Below are positions 9,176 to 19,473 of a stretch of DNA of 36,412 nt, in pieces; within the stretch, counting starts at the first letter, position 1; each line of letters opens with the position of its first letter. Under the pieces are notes generated by a model. The model searched no databases and was not told the origin of the DNA. It worked only from the letters and a program-made list of their open reading frames with translations. A program made the translations under genes and the position numbers. The DNA is taken from sequence record SRR20825006_1111; one strand, written 5' to 3'.

Positions 9176-10842
9176 GACAGGCTCAATCTTATCAAACCAA
9201 ACTTCGCAAGAGCCGGCAGCGTGCGCCGCAATGGCCCCCGTTCAACCGGATCAACCCATGCCTCAAGCTGAGAGAGCGGGACCGTGCCAGCCTCGCCAAG
9301 CCGTTTCAGCAGCATTTCCGTCAAGGACGGGCTTAAACGAAACTCGGATGAAAAGGAAACGAAGGAATGGCGGGACAGGAATTCGTTGGCGTCCTCGGGC
9401 ATTCCGGGCGCCAATGACACCAGCGTCTCGGGAGAGAGGACAAAGCTCGGGTGTGTCCGGAAAATGTCAAACGGATCGGGATACAGAGGGCTTGCGCTCT
9501 CCTTCGGCTGTCTCGGGGCCACTTCCGGCGCTGAGTGCCGAAGCTCTCTCAGCTCCAGCCAAAGCTCCTCATACGCCCGGACGATAACAGACCAGTCATA
9601 GACTTCTGCTGCCCGCCGCCGCCCGGCCGCCCCCATCCTGTGCCTCAGGGCTGGATCTTCGGCAAGACGGACCAGGGCTTCGACGGCTGCCGCAAGATCG
9701 CTTCCCGTCGACATACAGGCCCGTCCGACGAAACGGTCATAGTTATCGCGGCCAGACTGATAAAGATAAGCATATTCGAAGCCATCCCCCCCGCTCGGTG
9801 TAACGGTGGGAATACGGAACCCGGTCTCACCATCAACGATGGTATCCTTGTACCCGTCCCAGTCGCTTACCACCGCAGGCAAACCGGCCGCCATTGCCTC
9901 TATCGGTGTGAGGCCAAAGGTCTCCTGGATATTATCCGAGAGGGACAGAAAAGCGTCCGCGCCTTGCCAGGAGGCATGCACTAGGTCGTCATCCTGACCA
10001 TCGACGAAATGAACTGAAGCCTTTTCCGTATAGGCAGCCGCACTATCCAGATAGGACTGGTAGATGGTCTCGTTCGGGGCCTGCCCGGCCATCACGAAAT
10101 GCACCTTGCGATCCTGCAGACGACGGGCCACGCCTTCCGCCGCGAGGTACATCGGAACCGGGTGGGCTTTCGCATGAAAGGTGAAGCGCCCCAGGAAGAG
10201 AATGACGAAATCCTCTTCCGCCGCTCCGATATGCTTGCGCAACCGGGCACGCGCCTCCGCGTCGGCAGCGTACCGGCTGCTGTCCACGCCAAGCGGGATA
10301 ATTGGCAGCTTCAGATCGACTTTCGGCGCCGCACCAAGGCGCCGTTCCAGATATTCCCCGTAATTCTCCACCGTGTGCCGGACAACATCGCGCGCGACCT
10401 GCGACGTACAAATGAGGGCGTCCCAGGGCTGAAGCGGGAGCAGATTATAGCGGGACAATGCTTCGATGACCCGATCGGACGACAATGTGTGGGTTATTCC
10501 ACAAAGGCTGTAGGCCCGCTGGTCTCGCGTCCTCCGCTCCCAGGCAAATTCGTCGAAGCCTGGTCCGGCGACCAGAAGGCACTCGGCTTCCCCTGGCTTC
10601 GCGAGCATCGAATTCAGGTGGCTTACATTCCGGCCCTGCAAATCGATGGTCCTGGCCATCTCGGAAAATTCCGCGGCATGCCGGCCGTTCGGGGTAACCG
10701 TGACAAACTTTTCCGCGCGGCCGTGCCGGAAATAACCGGAAAGGAAACCCGCCCCCGCAGCATGGCGCCCTTTGACCCCTACCCGGTCGGCTCGATAAGC
10801 ATCCGGGTGGTAATGAATGGCGCAAACAGGGATGGATGACAC
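9172..10842 (-). CDS. GT4 glycosyltransferase (long form)
   Basis: IPLGVD, LFLGRFTFHAKAHP, DNIQETFGLTPIEAMAAGLP (E-x7-E), SDWDGYKDT. GTG start. Confidence 0.9.
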   Translation of the reverse strand: MSSIPVCAIHYHPDAYRADRVGVKGRHAAGAGFLSGYFRHGRAEKFVTVTPNGRHAAEFSEMARTIDLQGRNVSHLNSMLAKPGEAECLLVAGPGFDEFAWERRTRDQRAYSLCGITHTLSSDRVIEALSRYNLLPLQPWDALICTSQVARDVVRHTVENYGEYLERRLGAAPKVDLKLPIIPLGVDSSRYAADAEARARLRKHIGAAEEDFVILFLGRFTFHAKAHPVPMYLAAEGVARRLQDRKVHFVMAGQAPNETIYQSYLDSAAAYTEKASVHFVDGQDDDLVHASWQGADAFLSLSDNIQETFGLTPIEAMAAGLPAVVSDWDGYKDTIVDGETGFRIPTVTPSGGDGFEYAYLYQSGRDNYDRFVGRACMSTGSDLAAAVEALVRLAEDPALRHRMGAAGRRRAAEVYDWSVIVRAYEELWLELRELRHSAPEVAPRQPKESASPLYPDPFDIFRTHPSFVLSPETLVSLAPGMPEDANEFLSRHSFVSFSSEFRLSPSLTEMLLKRLGEAGTVPLSQLEAWVDPVERGPLRRTLPALAKFGLIRLSLS

Positions 10843-11023
10843 GTAGGACCGTCCGACAAATTGAGTACTTTGAAAACTTTAAATCAGGGCGCTGCGTTTA
10901 TAGAGTATGGGAATGAGTGGGGAAAGCCCGGAACTGCGGGAGATTGCCGCAGGGTATATTCTTTGAGGCTCTCAACATGTTAATGAGGCGCATTCACAAT
11001 TCAACGCGACGGGAAACAGCACC

Positions 11024-11743
11024 GTGACGATTGCAGACACCGCCTCGTCCCCACTTCGCATCTTTGTTGGCTGGGACAGCCGCGAAACCATCGCATATGA
11101 TGTTTGCGAGCACTCACTGCAGCGCCATAGCAGCACCGGTCTTGAGATTATACCGCTAAAACAGGATGAGTTGCGCGCTAGGAAGCTCTTCACGAGAGAT
11201 CTCGACCCCCTCGCTTCCACCGAGTTCACCTATACACGGTTCCTTATGCCCCACCTCGCCGGGTATGAAGGCTGGGCGCTTTTTTGTGACTGCGATTTCC
11301 TTTGGACCCGGGATGTTGCGCAGCTCTTCGCGGAAGCGGATGACAGCAAGGCGATAATCTGCGTACAGCACGATTATCAGCCGACAGAGCGCACCAAGAT
11401 GGATGGCAAGGTCCAGACCAATTATCCGCGCAAAAACTGGTCCAGCATGATGCTGATGAATTGCGGTCATCCGGCAAACGCAGTCCTGACACCGGAAATC
11501 GTCAATACGGAAACCGGCGCTTTCCTGCACCGCTTCCAGTGGCTGGACGATGCGTTGATCGGCAGCGTGCACCATACCTGGAACTGGCTTGAAGGCTGGT
11601 ACGACAAGCCATCCGACGGTCAGCCGCCGGCTGCGGTTCACTATACGCGCGGCGGCCCATGGTTCAAGGAATGGCAGGATGTCGACTATGGCGATCTATG
11701 GCTTGCCGAAGCGGATATGGTCAGAGCGAAAGAGACCGCCTGA
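11024..11743 (+). CDS. GT-A (GT8-like) glycosyltransferase resembling the CDI-type family
   Basis: IFVGWDSRE, STEFTYTRFL, DxD motif (DCD), YPRKNWSS, FLHRFQWL, HYTRGGPWF. Confidence 0.8.
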   Translation: MTIADTASSPLRIFVGWDSRETIAYDVCEHSLQRHSSTGLEIIPLKQDELRARKLFTRDLDPLASTEFTYTRFLMPHLAGYEGWALFCDCDFLWTRDVAQLFAEADDSKAIICVQHDYQPTERTKMDGKVQTNYPRKNWSSMMLMNCGHPANAVLTPEIVNTETGAFLHRFQWLDDALIGSVHHTWNWLEGWYDKPSDGQPPAAVHYTRGGPWFKEWQDVDYGDLWLAEADMVRAKETA

Positions 11744-13436
11744 CATCCCCTATCAGGGAGGCAATCGGATCGTCCCATCCGGATCCATCATTCCGGTAGA
11801 GCGCAAGACTTGGATACCACGGAGATCTGTGCCCGGAGCGCCCCCAGAACCAGAGCGGCAATTTCGGGAGCAACACGTGACCCGGACGACCAAGCGCCCC
11901 AGCCATGTGGGCATTAATTCCGGATATAGAAACCGTTCGGTCTAGAGCCTGCAGCAAGGCCGCAAGCCCATCAAGATCGTTCCTGAGATCGGCGACCGGT
12001 GCCTCATGGAGCTGAGACGTGAGAGCCTCCTCTCCCGCGACGGCTCCATCATACTGCAGGCTCACCAGGTTAAGTCCGGGCAGGTTCAGCAGCTCAGACC
12101 AGTCATCAAGGCCGGTGGACTTTGACCAGGTCGTACGCTTGCCCCCACCTCCCCAGGCCAACCCGGCCCACGCCCCACCGGCAAGAGCATGCAGGCTCTC
12201 CCGTATCTCACGGCTCCGCTCCTGATCGGCACGCCAGACTGGCAGCGGCGTACGGCTGTGATGGGCATCGTAAAAACGGGCAAGCAATGCAGACGGGGCA
12301 TGATAGTCGAAATCGCCCCGGGATAGCGGGCCATCATCGTCCCGCCCGACAACATCAACCGTGGGAAAACTCCGCTTCGCCAAAGCGACAAGTCTGGGAT
12401 CAACCTCGAGCACAACAGACGCTCCCTGCGCCGCCAGCCAGCTGGCAAGCGGAGCAAAGATGATCTCGTCACCGATACCGAAGTCGCCCCAGATAAGGAT
12501 CCGCCGGCCTTCCGGCGACTTCCCCAGCCAAAGGGGCGTTCCTTCAAACCGTAGCGTCCGTGCGTCAGCGTGCGGTTCGGTCCACCGGACATGATGAGCC
12601 CTGTAGCCCCCTCTGCCGTCACCGGCACCAATACGCAGACAAGAAGAGAGCCAGAGACCGTCGCGGTGCCCGGGATCGACAACCAGGAGCTGCCGCAACT
12701 CCTCCTCCGCATCACCTGCTTGCCCACTATCGACAAGGGCAGCCGCAAGATTGGCCCGTGTTTCCATGGAAACCGGAGCGGCCTTCACTGCATCGCGATA
12801 GAGCCTGACTGCTTTAACAAGCTCTCCTCCCGCATGGCATTGAGCCGCCACATTGCGCAGAGCCTCAATGAAGTCCGGCTCTCCGGGCAGAGAACAGCAG
12901 AGCGTCCGGGCAAACAGCGGCCCTGACACCTGATCACCGGAGCTGTTGAGGATGGTCCCGTATTGACGCAACAGAGACGGCTGATCCGGGCTTTGCACCA
13001 GCCCGCATTTCAATACATTTATAGCGCGTTTCGGTGCATTCGACCGATGGTGCAGTATCGCGAGCGCACAAGCCAGCTCGCCCGTTAATGGCCTGGCATC
13101 AACAAAGGGGGTCACCTCGGCAGGAAGAGGAAAACCCCGGTCCGCAAGCCCCGTCAGAAGCGAGATCAGCGGAGCATCACCGGCAGGCTGCAAAAGCTGG
13201 GCCCGAATAGTCTGTTGCACCATTTGCGTGACCGGAGCGCCGGACCGGCGCAACAGAGCCAGTAAATTCTGACAGCCGGCGGGATCATCCGGACAGAGCA
13301 TGCAATAGCGGCGCAGCTCACCTGCGGCTTGAGAGAAATCTCCACGCCTGAATGAATGCGCGGCACGCGCCTTCAGCAACTCCTCGACAGAGGTCAAGCC
13401 CCCACCTGGCTCATCGGTTGTTACATCTCGGACCAC
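11721..13436 (-). CDS. TPR-repeat + GT-B protein, FlmG/FlbA-like (TPR-GT 2)
   Basis: TPR-like helices, then W-x-G, GDFGIGDEIIF, EVDPRLV..RSFP, GLAWGGG, SLQYD, AHMAGALG, SPWYPS. Start uncertain. Confidence 0.8.
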   Translation of the reverse strand: MVRDVTTDEPGGGLTSVEELLKARAAHSFRRGDFSQAAGELRRYCMLCPDDPAGCQNLLALLRRSGAPVTQMVQQTIRAQLLQPAGDAPLISLLTGLADRGFPLPAEVTPFVDARPLTGELACALAILHHRSNAPKRAINVLKCGLVQSPDQPSLLRQYGTILNSSGDQVSGPLFARTLCCSLPGEPDFIEALRNVAAQCHAGGELVKAVRLYRDAVKAAPVSMETRANLAAALVDSGQAGDAEEELRQLLVVDPGHRDGLWLSSCLRIGAGDGRGGYRAHHVRWTEPHADARTLRFEGTPLWLGKSPEGRRILIWGDFGIGDEIIFAPLASWLAAQGASVVLEVDPRLVALAKRSFPTVDVVGRDDDGPLSRGDFDYHAPSALLARFYDAHHSRTPLPVWRADQERSREIRESLHALAGGAWAGLAWGGGGKRTTWSKSTGLDDWSELLNLPGLNLVSLQYDGAVAGEEALTSQLHEAPVADLRNDLDGLAALLQALDRTVSISGINAHMAGALGRPGHVLLPKLPLWFWGRSGHRSPWYPSLALYRNDGSGWDDPIASLIGDVRRSLSL

Positions 13437-14728
13437 AACGCGAGCTCACGTGCTTTGGTGCTGCCCCATCCCATAGCCTTTGCGATATCGGCCGGGATTT
13501 CGGTTATCGGATCCGGCTTCTCCCCGCGCCCGAGCTTTTCGACAACATCTTTCAGGCGGGGCAAACAGACTGTGGCGAGATCATACCGGTCAATAACCGT
13601 TTGCCGCGCGGCCTTGCGGATCACATCCATCTCTTTCGGGTTCCGGAGAGCCTCAGCGACGGTCGAAATCAAGGCTTTCGGATCATCATAGTCAACAAGC
13701 AGGCCATTCTCGCGATGACGGATCACTTCGGAAACCGGCTTTGTCTCACTGGCAATCACCAGGCATTCCTTAGACATTGCCTCAAGCATCGACCATGAGA
13801 GCACAAACGGATAAGTAAGATAGATGTGGGCACTTGAGATTGACTGCATCCGGCCGAATTCGTCATAAGGCAACCGGCCGAGAAAATGGAGCCGGCTTGC
13901 ATCCAGGGAAAGATGCGAGATCAGGGCTTCCTTCCAGCTGTCGGCATAGCCGGGACCAGCACCGTAGCTCACCTCTTCCCCGCCGGTAATCAGGATATGC
14001 GCATTAGGGCATGTCTCGAGGATCCCCTTAAGAGATGCGGCAACAACGTCAAACCCACGATATGGTTCGAGGTTTCGGGCCACATACGTCACCACTTCAT
14101 CCTCGGCGGTCAATCTGCGACCATCCGCCAGGTCAATATAGGCCTCCGGCTGGCGGACACATGTATCGGTATCGATACCGTCGTGGACGACCGTCATGTT
14201 CTCCCGGTGTGCTTTCGGGTGCGTCGACCATTGCCAATAGGTCGGCACATATCCCCAGTCGGCGTCCGCCATGGTCAGCAGCATGTGGGCATTACGGATG
14301 CGCGTGCGGCAGTCCCGATCGACATCGGGTTCGGTTTTTCTGAAATCCGTATCGGTACCATGGCTGCGGTAGAAAAATTCGTTGAACGTCAACAACCGCG
14401 CCTTGGGGAAAACATCTTTCATGAACAGCGCTTCACCCCACCCGGTATGAGCACAGATCACATCCGGCTCAAACCCTTGCCCTTTCAGGGTGAGGCAGAG
14501 TTTGGCCACCGCCTGTCCGTGCAGGAGCTGATCTTCCATCCTATCGAAATAAGGGTGCGTCGGCTGTTTGGCTTCCCTGTGCAATTTGTACTCAACCTTG
14601 CGCACGCCAGGCATGTTGGGCCGGCCAGGTTTTGTTACAAAAACAACCTCGTGCCTGTCGGCAGCCAAAGCGGGCGCCAGATGCTTGAATTGACCTGGCA
14701 TATTCTGATGCACAAAGAGAATTTTCAT
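13421..14728 (-). CDS. GT4 glycosyltransferase, ExpC/WgcA-like
   Basis: MKILFVHQNMPGQFKHLA, HTGWGEALF, TYVARNLEPYRGF, YLTYPFVLSWSMLEAMS are the signature of the GT4_ExpC-like group. Confidence 0.9.
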   Translation of the reverse strand: MKILFVHQNMPGQFKHLAPALAADRHEVVFVTKPGRPNMPGVRKVEYKLHREAKQPTHPYFDRMEDQLLHGQAVAKLCLTLKGQGFEPDVICAHTGWGEALFMKDVFPKARLLTFNEFFYRSHGTDTDFRKTEPDVDRDCRTRIRNAHMLLTMADADWGYVPTYWQWSTHPKAHRENMTVVHDGIDTDTCVRQPEAYIDLADGRRLTAEDEVVTYVARNLEPYRGFDVVAASLKGILETCPNAHILITGGEEVSYGAGPGYADSWKEALISHLSLDASRLHFLGRLPYDEFGRMQSISSAHIYLTYPFVLSWSMLEAMSKECLVIASETKPVSEVIRHRENGLLVDYDDPKALISTVAEALRNPKEMDVIRKAARQTVIDRYDLATVCLPRLKDVVEKLGRGEKPDPITEIPADIAKAMGWGSTKARELALWSEM

Positions 14729-14884
14729 TGAGCTATAGCCTTATGAACGCAACCGAAAGAAATATGATTGATACTCGCTTCACAGGCGCTTATGAATTCC
14801 CGAACGTTGCGATGCAAGCTCAGTTCGGTTAGGAGCTGCGGAAAATCGTACGCAGAAGCTGTTTCGCAACAAGGTTCTTACTTC

Positions 14885-14893
14885 TGGTATACT
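14885..14893 (+). promoter_or_regulatory. Putative extended -10 promoter for the T1SS operon
   Basis: TG-G-TATACT 36 nt upstream of the ATG at 14930, within the divergent intergenic region. Confidence 0.4.
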
Positions 14894-14929
14894 CCGAAAT
14901 AACGATCTCATGATCACGGGCTAGATTTC

Positions 14930-16693
14930 ATGGCGAGTAAAAATGCGCCGATGAGTGCCGATAACGCCATCGACGATCCTTTACGGAAAATCTTCGAGAC
15001 GTGCCGGGGCGCTTTTGTAACGGCAGGTGTCTTCAGCTTCGTCGTCAACATGCTGATCCTGACGATGCCGCTTTACATGTTCTCGCTGTTCGACCGAGTG
15101 CTCGGCACAGGCAATATGGCGACGCTGACCCTGCTGGCTATGATGGCCTTCGGCGCCCTGTTGGTGCAGGCCCTTGTCGATATTGCCAGAACATATGTTT
15201 TCACGCAGGTCAGTTCCTGGATCGACAAGCAACTTTCACCACAATTGTTCGAGAAGTCGATTACCGGATCGCTCGTCCGTGGCCGGCGAGCGGGCGACGC
15301 GCTGGAACATCTACAGAGCCTTCGGATGTTCCTTGGCAGTCCCAGCCTTTTCATGCTGATGGATATACCGTTCATCCCGATTTTTCTGGCCGTCCTGTTT
15401 GCCCTTAATTTTGCGATTGGCGTTACAGCCACTATCGGTGGTCTGATTCTCGTTGGCCTCGCGGTCATCAATAAAGCCATCTCTGAATCCACCCTGGCAA
15501 AGGCGTCCGCAGCGGCCAACCGGGCCAAGAAAATCAGCCGTTCGGCAATTGAAAATGCGGATATTGTCGAAGCCATGGGCATGCGCAAATCGCTCATGAA
15601 CAACTGGACAACCTACAACGAAATGGCCTTGGAGCTTCAGGGCAACGCCAGCAAGAGCTCAGGCACGGTCCAGGCATTTATCAAGATGTTGCGGATGGGG
15701 ATCATGATGTCGGTCATGACCGTGGCCGCTATTCAGATTGTCGACCCAACGAGCGGCCTCTCGCGCGGCGCCATGATGGCCTCTGTCATCCTGGTCTCAC
15801 GTGCCTTGATGCCCATGGAAGCGATTGTTGGCTCCTGGTCTCAAGTTGCGGATGCGGTCCAGAAGTACGGATATCTCTCGTCTCTCTTACGAGGCATCGC
15901 CGGCAAGCCAGAAGACAGCGTTTTCCCCCTAGAGCCGAAGGGGCATCTCTCAGTCGAGAATATTCACTATGAAGTCAGGGCATTAAGCCGCCCCATCCTG
16001 TCGCGCGTATCCTTTGAAATCGAACCCGGATTGTCCGTCGGAATAATTGGACCGTCGGCCGCCGGGAAAACGTCGCTCGCACGATTAATCGCAGGCATCG
16101 AACAACCCACACACGGTGTTGTACGCATGGACGGCGCAGATGTTTTTCGTTGGCCGAGTGAAGATCGGGGCCGGTATGTTGGCTACCTGCCACAGCAAGT
16201 TCTGCTGTTTGAAGGAACGATTCGCGACAACATTTCCCGGTTTAATGAGGACATAACCAACGAGCAGGTCATTCAAGCCGCCGAGATGGCAGGCTTGCAT
16301 CATATGATCCTCCAAATGAAACAGGGTTATGATACGGAAGTTGGCGAGGGTGGCAGCCTGTTGTCTGGCGGCCAGCGGCAAAGGGTCGGATTGGCTCGGG
16401 CACTGCTGGGAGATCCGAAATTGGTTATCCTGGACGAGCCAAACGCCAACCTGGACACCGAAGGCGACCAAGCGCTAAAGGACGCCATTGAAAACCTGAA
16501 GGCGCGCGGTACAACAGTTGTCGTCATCCTGCATCGCCCTAATATTCTTCAGATTGTTGACAAAATTTTGGTGCTTCGTGACGGCGTTGTTCAGAAGTTC
16601 TCTGATCGCGATGAAGTCATGCCCCTGATTGGCGGGGTGCGGCCAACACCAAAAGTCGAACATAGCGGCGCCAGAGCGGTCGCCGACACCTAA
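14930..16693 (+). CDS. Type I secretion system ABC permease/ATPase, PrtD/AprD/RsaD family (no C39 domain)
   Basis: FSFVVNMLILTMPLYM..FDRVL, Walker A GPSAAGKT, GYLPQ, LSGGQRQR, LVILDEPNANLD. Confidence 0.95.
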   Translation: MASKNAPMSADNAIDDPLRKIFETCRGAFVTAGVFSFVVNMLILTMPLYMFSLFDRVLGTGNMATLTLLAMMAFGALLVQALVDIARTYVFTQVSSWIDKQLSPQLFEKSITGSLVRGRRAGDALEHLQSLRMFLGSPSLFMLMDIPFIPIFLAVLFALNFAIGVTATIGGLILVGLAVINKAISESTLAKASAAANRAKKISRSAIENADIVEAMGMRKSLMNNWTTYNEMALELQGNASKSSGTVQAFIKMLRMGIMMSVMTVAAIQIVDPTSGLSRGAMMASVILVSRALMPMEAIVGSWSQVADAVQKYGYLSSLLRGIAGKPEDSVFPLEPKGHLSVENIHYEVRALSRPILSRVSFEIEPGLSVGIIGPSAAGKTSLARLIAGIEQPTHGVVRMDGADVFRWPSEDRGRYVGYLPQQVLLFEGTIRDNISRFNEDITNEQVIQAAEMAGLHHMILQMKQGYDTEVGEGGSLLSGGQRQRVGLARALLGDPKLVILDEPNANLDTEGDQALKDAIENLKARGTTVVVILHRPNILQIVDKILVLRDGVVQKFSDRDEVMPLIGGVRPTPKVEHSGARAVADT

Positions 16694-16708
16694 CTACGAG
16701 GACGCTCC

Positions 16709-18097
16709 ATGGCGGATGCCACGCTCCCGGATGTCAGCAAGGAATTGCTGAACAAACGCCTCCCGATACTGCCGCGAGACGAGATCATCACGGCTGGTAC
16801 TGGGAATGAATTGAAACCAACATGGCGACGATCCTCGTTCGCAGGATGGGCTGTGCTGGTTGGTTTTTTTGTTCTTTTTGGTGGCTGGTCCATCGTCGCT
16901 CCCCTGGCAAGTGGCGTTCATGCTCCCGGCGAGTTGCGAGTCGTGAGTGAGCGTCAAGTCGTCCAGCATTCGGAAGGCGGTATCATTAAAGACCTTCTTG
17001 TCCGGGAAGGCGACACTGTCGAAAAAAACCAAATTCTCATGCGCCTCGACCCACTGCAAACCAACAGCGAGTTTGCCCGGCTTGAAAATCAGCTCAATGC
17101 TCTGCGCGCAGAGCGCGCCCGGCTTGAAGCGGTGCGCGATCAAAAGAGCACCATCACTTTCCCCGAGGTATTGCTAAAGAAAGCAAGCGAACCCGAAGTT
17201 TCACATCTGATGGAGATGGAACAGAAGGTCTTCGAAGCAGAACAACGCTCCATCGATAATATAAGCAAGCTAATCGATGAGCGTATCGCGCAGCTGGAAT
17301 CCCAGATCACTGGCTCCAAAACCAGACTTGATTCGACGCTGAACCAGATGAAAATCATCGACGAAGAGCTGGCTGGCGTCCAACAGCTTTATGACAAGGG
17401 GCTGGAGCGCAAACCCCGCCTTCTGTCGCTACAACGCGCGAAAGAACAATTGCGTGGCGTTGCCGGGCAACTTGAATCAACGATCGCCCAGAGCATGCAA
17501 TCCATTGGCGAGCAAAAACTGCGCATGTCTTCAATCGAAAGCGAGCACAGGGACAAGACGGCGGCGGCCCTGCGCGCTAATGCAGTTCGCCTTGAAGACC
17601 TCCAGCAAAACGAGAGTGTCTGGAAGGATCGCGTTGCACGGGTTGAAATCCGGTCCCCGGCCGATGGTCAAATCGTTGACTTGCGTAAACACACAGAAGG
17701 CGGCGTCATTGGCGCCGGTGAAGTCATCATGAGTATCGTGCCCGCGCACGATGAGCTTATCGGTGTGGTTAAAATCAAACCTAAAGACATTGACGCCCTT
17801 ATGATCGGCGTTCCAGTACAACTCATGCTCTCCGCCTTCAATCCCCGGACGACTCCGCCCGTTGACGGCATCCTGGCCTCGGTCTCGCTCGACGCCATTG
17901 CGGACCCAAGAGGGCAGGAGTTTTTCGAAGCACGAATCCTGATCGACCCCGCATCCCTGAAAATCAATATTCCGGATGCCCAGCTTTCTGCAGGCATGCA
18001 GGTTTCCGCTCTTATTTCCGTTGGAGAGCGGACTCTTTTTGAGTACTGGATGACACCGCTCCTATCCAGCCTCCATCAAGCCATGCGGGAGCCGTGA
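16709..18097 (+). CDS. Type I secretion membrane fusion protein, HlyD/PrtE family
   Basis: Single TM segment, VVQHSEGGII...VREGDTV, long coiled coil, IRSPADG, GGVIGAGE..MSIVP, GERTLFEY. RBS GAGG. Confidence 0.95.
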   Translation: MADATLPDVSKELLNKRLPILPRDEIITAGTGNELKPTWRRSSFAGWAVLVGFFVLFGGWSIVAPLASGVHAPGELRVVSERQVVQHSEGGIIKDLLVREGDTVEKNQILMRLDPLQTNSEFARLENQLNALRAERARLEAVRDQKSTITFPEVLLKKASEPEVSHLMEMEQKVFEAEQRSIDNISKLIDERIAQLESQITGSKTRLDSTLNQMKIIDEELAGVQQLYDKGLERKPRLLSLQRAKEQLRGVAGQLESTIAQSMQSIGEQKLRMSSIESEHRDKTAAALRANAVRLEDLQQNESVWKDRVARVEIRSPADGQIVDLRKHTEGGVIGAGEVIMSIVPAHDELIGVVKIKPKDIDALMIGVPVQLMLSAFNPRTTPPVDGILASVSLDAIADPRGQEFFEARILIDPASLKINIPDAQLSAGMQVSALISVGERTLFEYWMTPLLSSLHQAMREP

Positions 18098-18152
18098 CGA
18101 ATCGGGTAATGCGCCTCCCTCTGCATCATTTCTTCGCTGGAGCTCATCGAGC

Positions 18153-19472
18153 ATGAGTAGCCCTCCCCCCGGCACGCTTCGAAACCTGCTTGCTACAGGC
18201 GATGCGGCCCTCGCTAAAAAGCGATATGATGCTGCTGAACGGTTTTACAGAATGGCTTTGGTGCTAAAGCCATTCTCAATCCGAGCTGAAGCGGGGCTTG
18301 GAACGCTAAGCCTCAAGGATGGATGGGCTGATGAAGCCCTGAGACATTTCAAAAATGCGCTCTTGTTCCGCCCCGATTTCGATAAAGGTCTGGCCGGGGT
18401 CGCTCATGCGCGATCAATGAAAGAGTACTTTCAGGAAGCCGAATTCTGGTATCGGTGCGCCTTGATCACGTCCGATTCTCCTCGAGAGATCAGCATCGCG
18501 CTCGGGGTAACCTGTCTCCGCAATGGAAAATGGAAAGAAGGCTTCGAACGATATGATCTAAGGGAGGGACGGCAAAGCCTCATCAATACTATTGGCCCCA
18601 ACCGGGTATGGGATGGGGCGGCATCCCTCACAGGCAAAACAATCGTCGTTATTGGAGAACAAGGTCTTGGCGACCATATAAATTTTGCACGCTACTGCAA
18701 GCTGATTAAAGAGCGTGGCGCGGCCAAGGTTACATTTTTCACACGTCCCGAACTTAAAGCACTCTTCCGCTGGATACCGGAGATCGACGCTGTGGTTTCT
18801 GACGGGGAGACTGTCGATTCTGCTGATTATACCGTCATGGTGATGAGCTTGCCCCTTATCTTCGGCACCACTCCCAATAACATCCCCATGACCAAGGGAT
18901 ACATCACTCCGCCATCACAGGAGCTCAATGAATACAAGTCATCCATCGCAGCCACCCTACGCGTTGCTGTAGCATGGCAGGGCAACAGCACTAACTCACG
19001 TGATGGTTTTCGTTCCTGTTCATTTGAAAATTTTTCCAAACTTTTTACATTAACACCCCATGTTACATTTCTGGCACTGCCATGGGATTATCAAACAGTA
19101 AGAAAGGATGCTCCATCCAATCTAGTATCACTCAACGATGGCATTAAAGATTTTCGAGACACCGCCCTCAATTTACGGGATGTCGATCTGATTATTTCGG
19201 TCGATACAAGTCTTGTCCATCTGGCTGGTGCAATGAATAAACCAACATGGCTTCTGCTCGGACAGCAACCGGATTGGCGCTGGCTCGCAAAAGGAACATC
19301 CGGACTTTGGTATGATTCAGTTAAATTGTTCAGACACGCCGGAAGCTGGGTTTCTCTTATAAATTCTATCTCAAAAAAATTGGCTTCTGAAAAAGAAACC
19401 CTTCTAATAAACAGAACAATTGAGAAAAACAGAAATCTAGATAATTTACCATACACGCCGTATGTAGAATAA
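18153..19472 (+). CDS. TPR-repeat + GT9-like glycosyltransferase (TPR-GT 3)
   Basis: TPRs, WDG, GEQGLGDHINF, VAWQGN, ISVDTSLVHLAGAM, PDWRW, WYDSVKLFR. Confidence 0.88.
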   Translation: MSSPPPGTLRNLLATGDAALAKKRYDAAERFYRMALVLKPFSIRAEAGLGTLSLKDGWADEALRHFKNALLFRPDFDKGLAGVAHARSMKEYFQEAEFWYRCALITSDSPREISIALGVTCLRNGKWKEGFERYDLREGRQSLINTIGPNRVWDGAASLTGKTIVVIGEQGLGDHINFARYCKLIKERGAAKVTFFTRPELKALFRWIPEIDAVVSDGETVDSADYTVMVMSLPLIFGTTPNNIPMTKGYITPPSQELNEYKSSIAATLRVAVAWQGNSTNSRDGFRSCSFENFSKLFTLTPHVTFLALPWDYQTVRKDAPSNLVSLNDGIKDFRDTALNLRDVDLIISVDTSLVHLAGAMNKPTWLLLGQQPDWRWLAKGTSGLWYDSVKLFRHAGSWVSLINSISKKLASEKETLLINRTIEKNRNLDNLPYTPYVE

Positions 19473-19473
19473 A

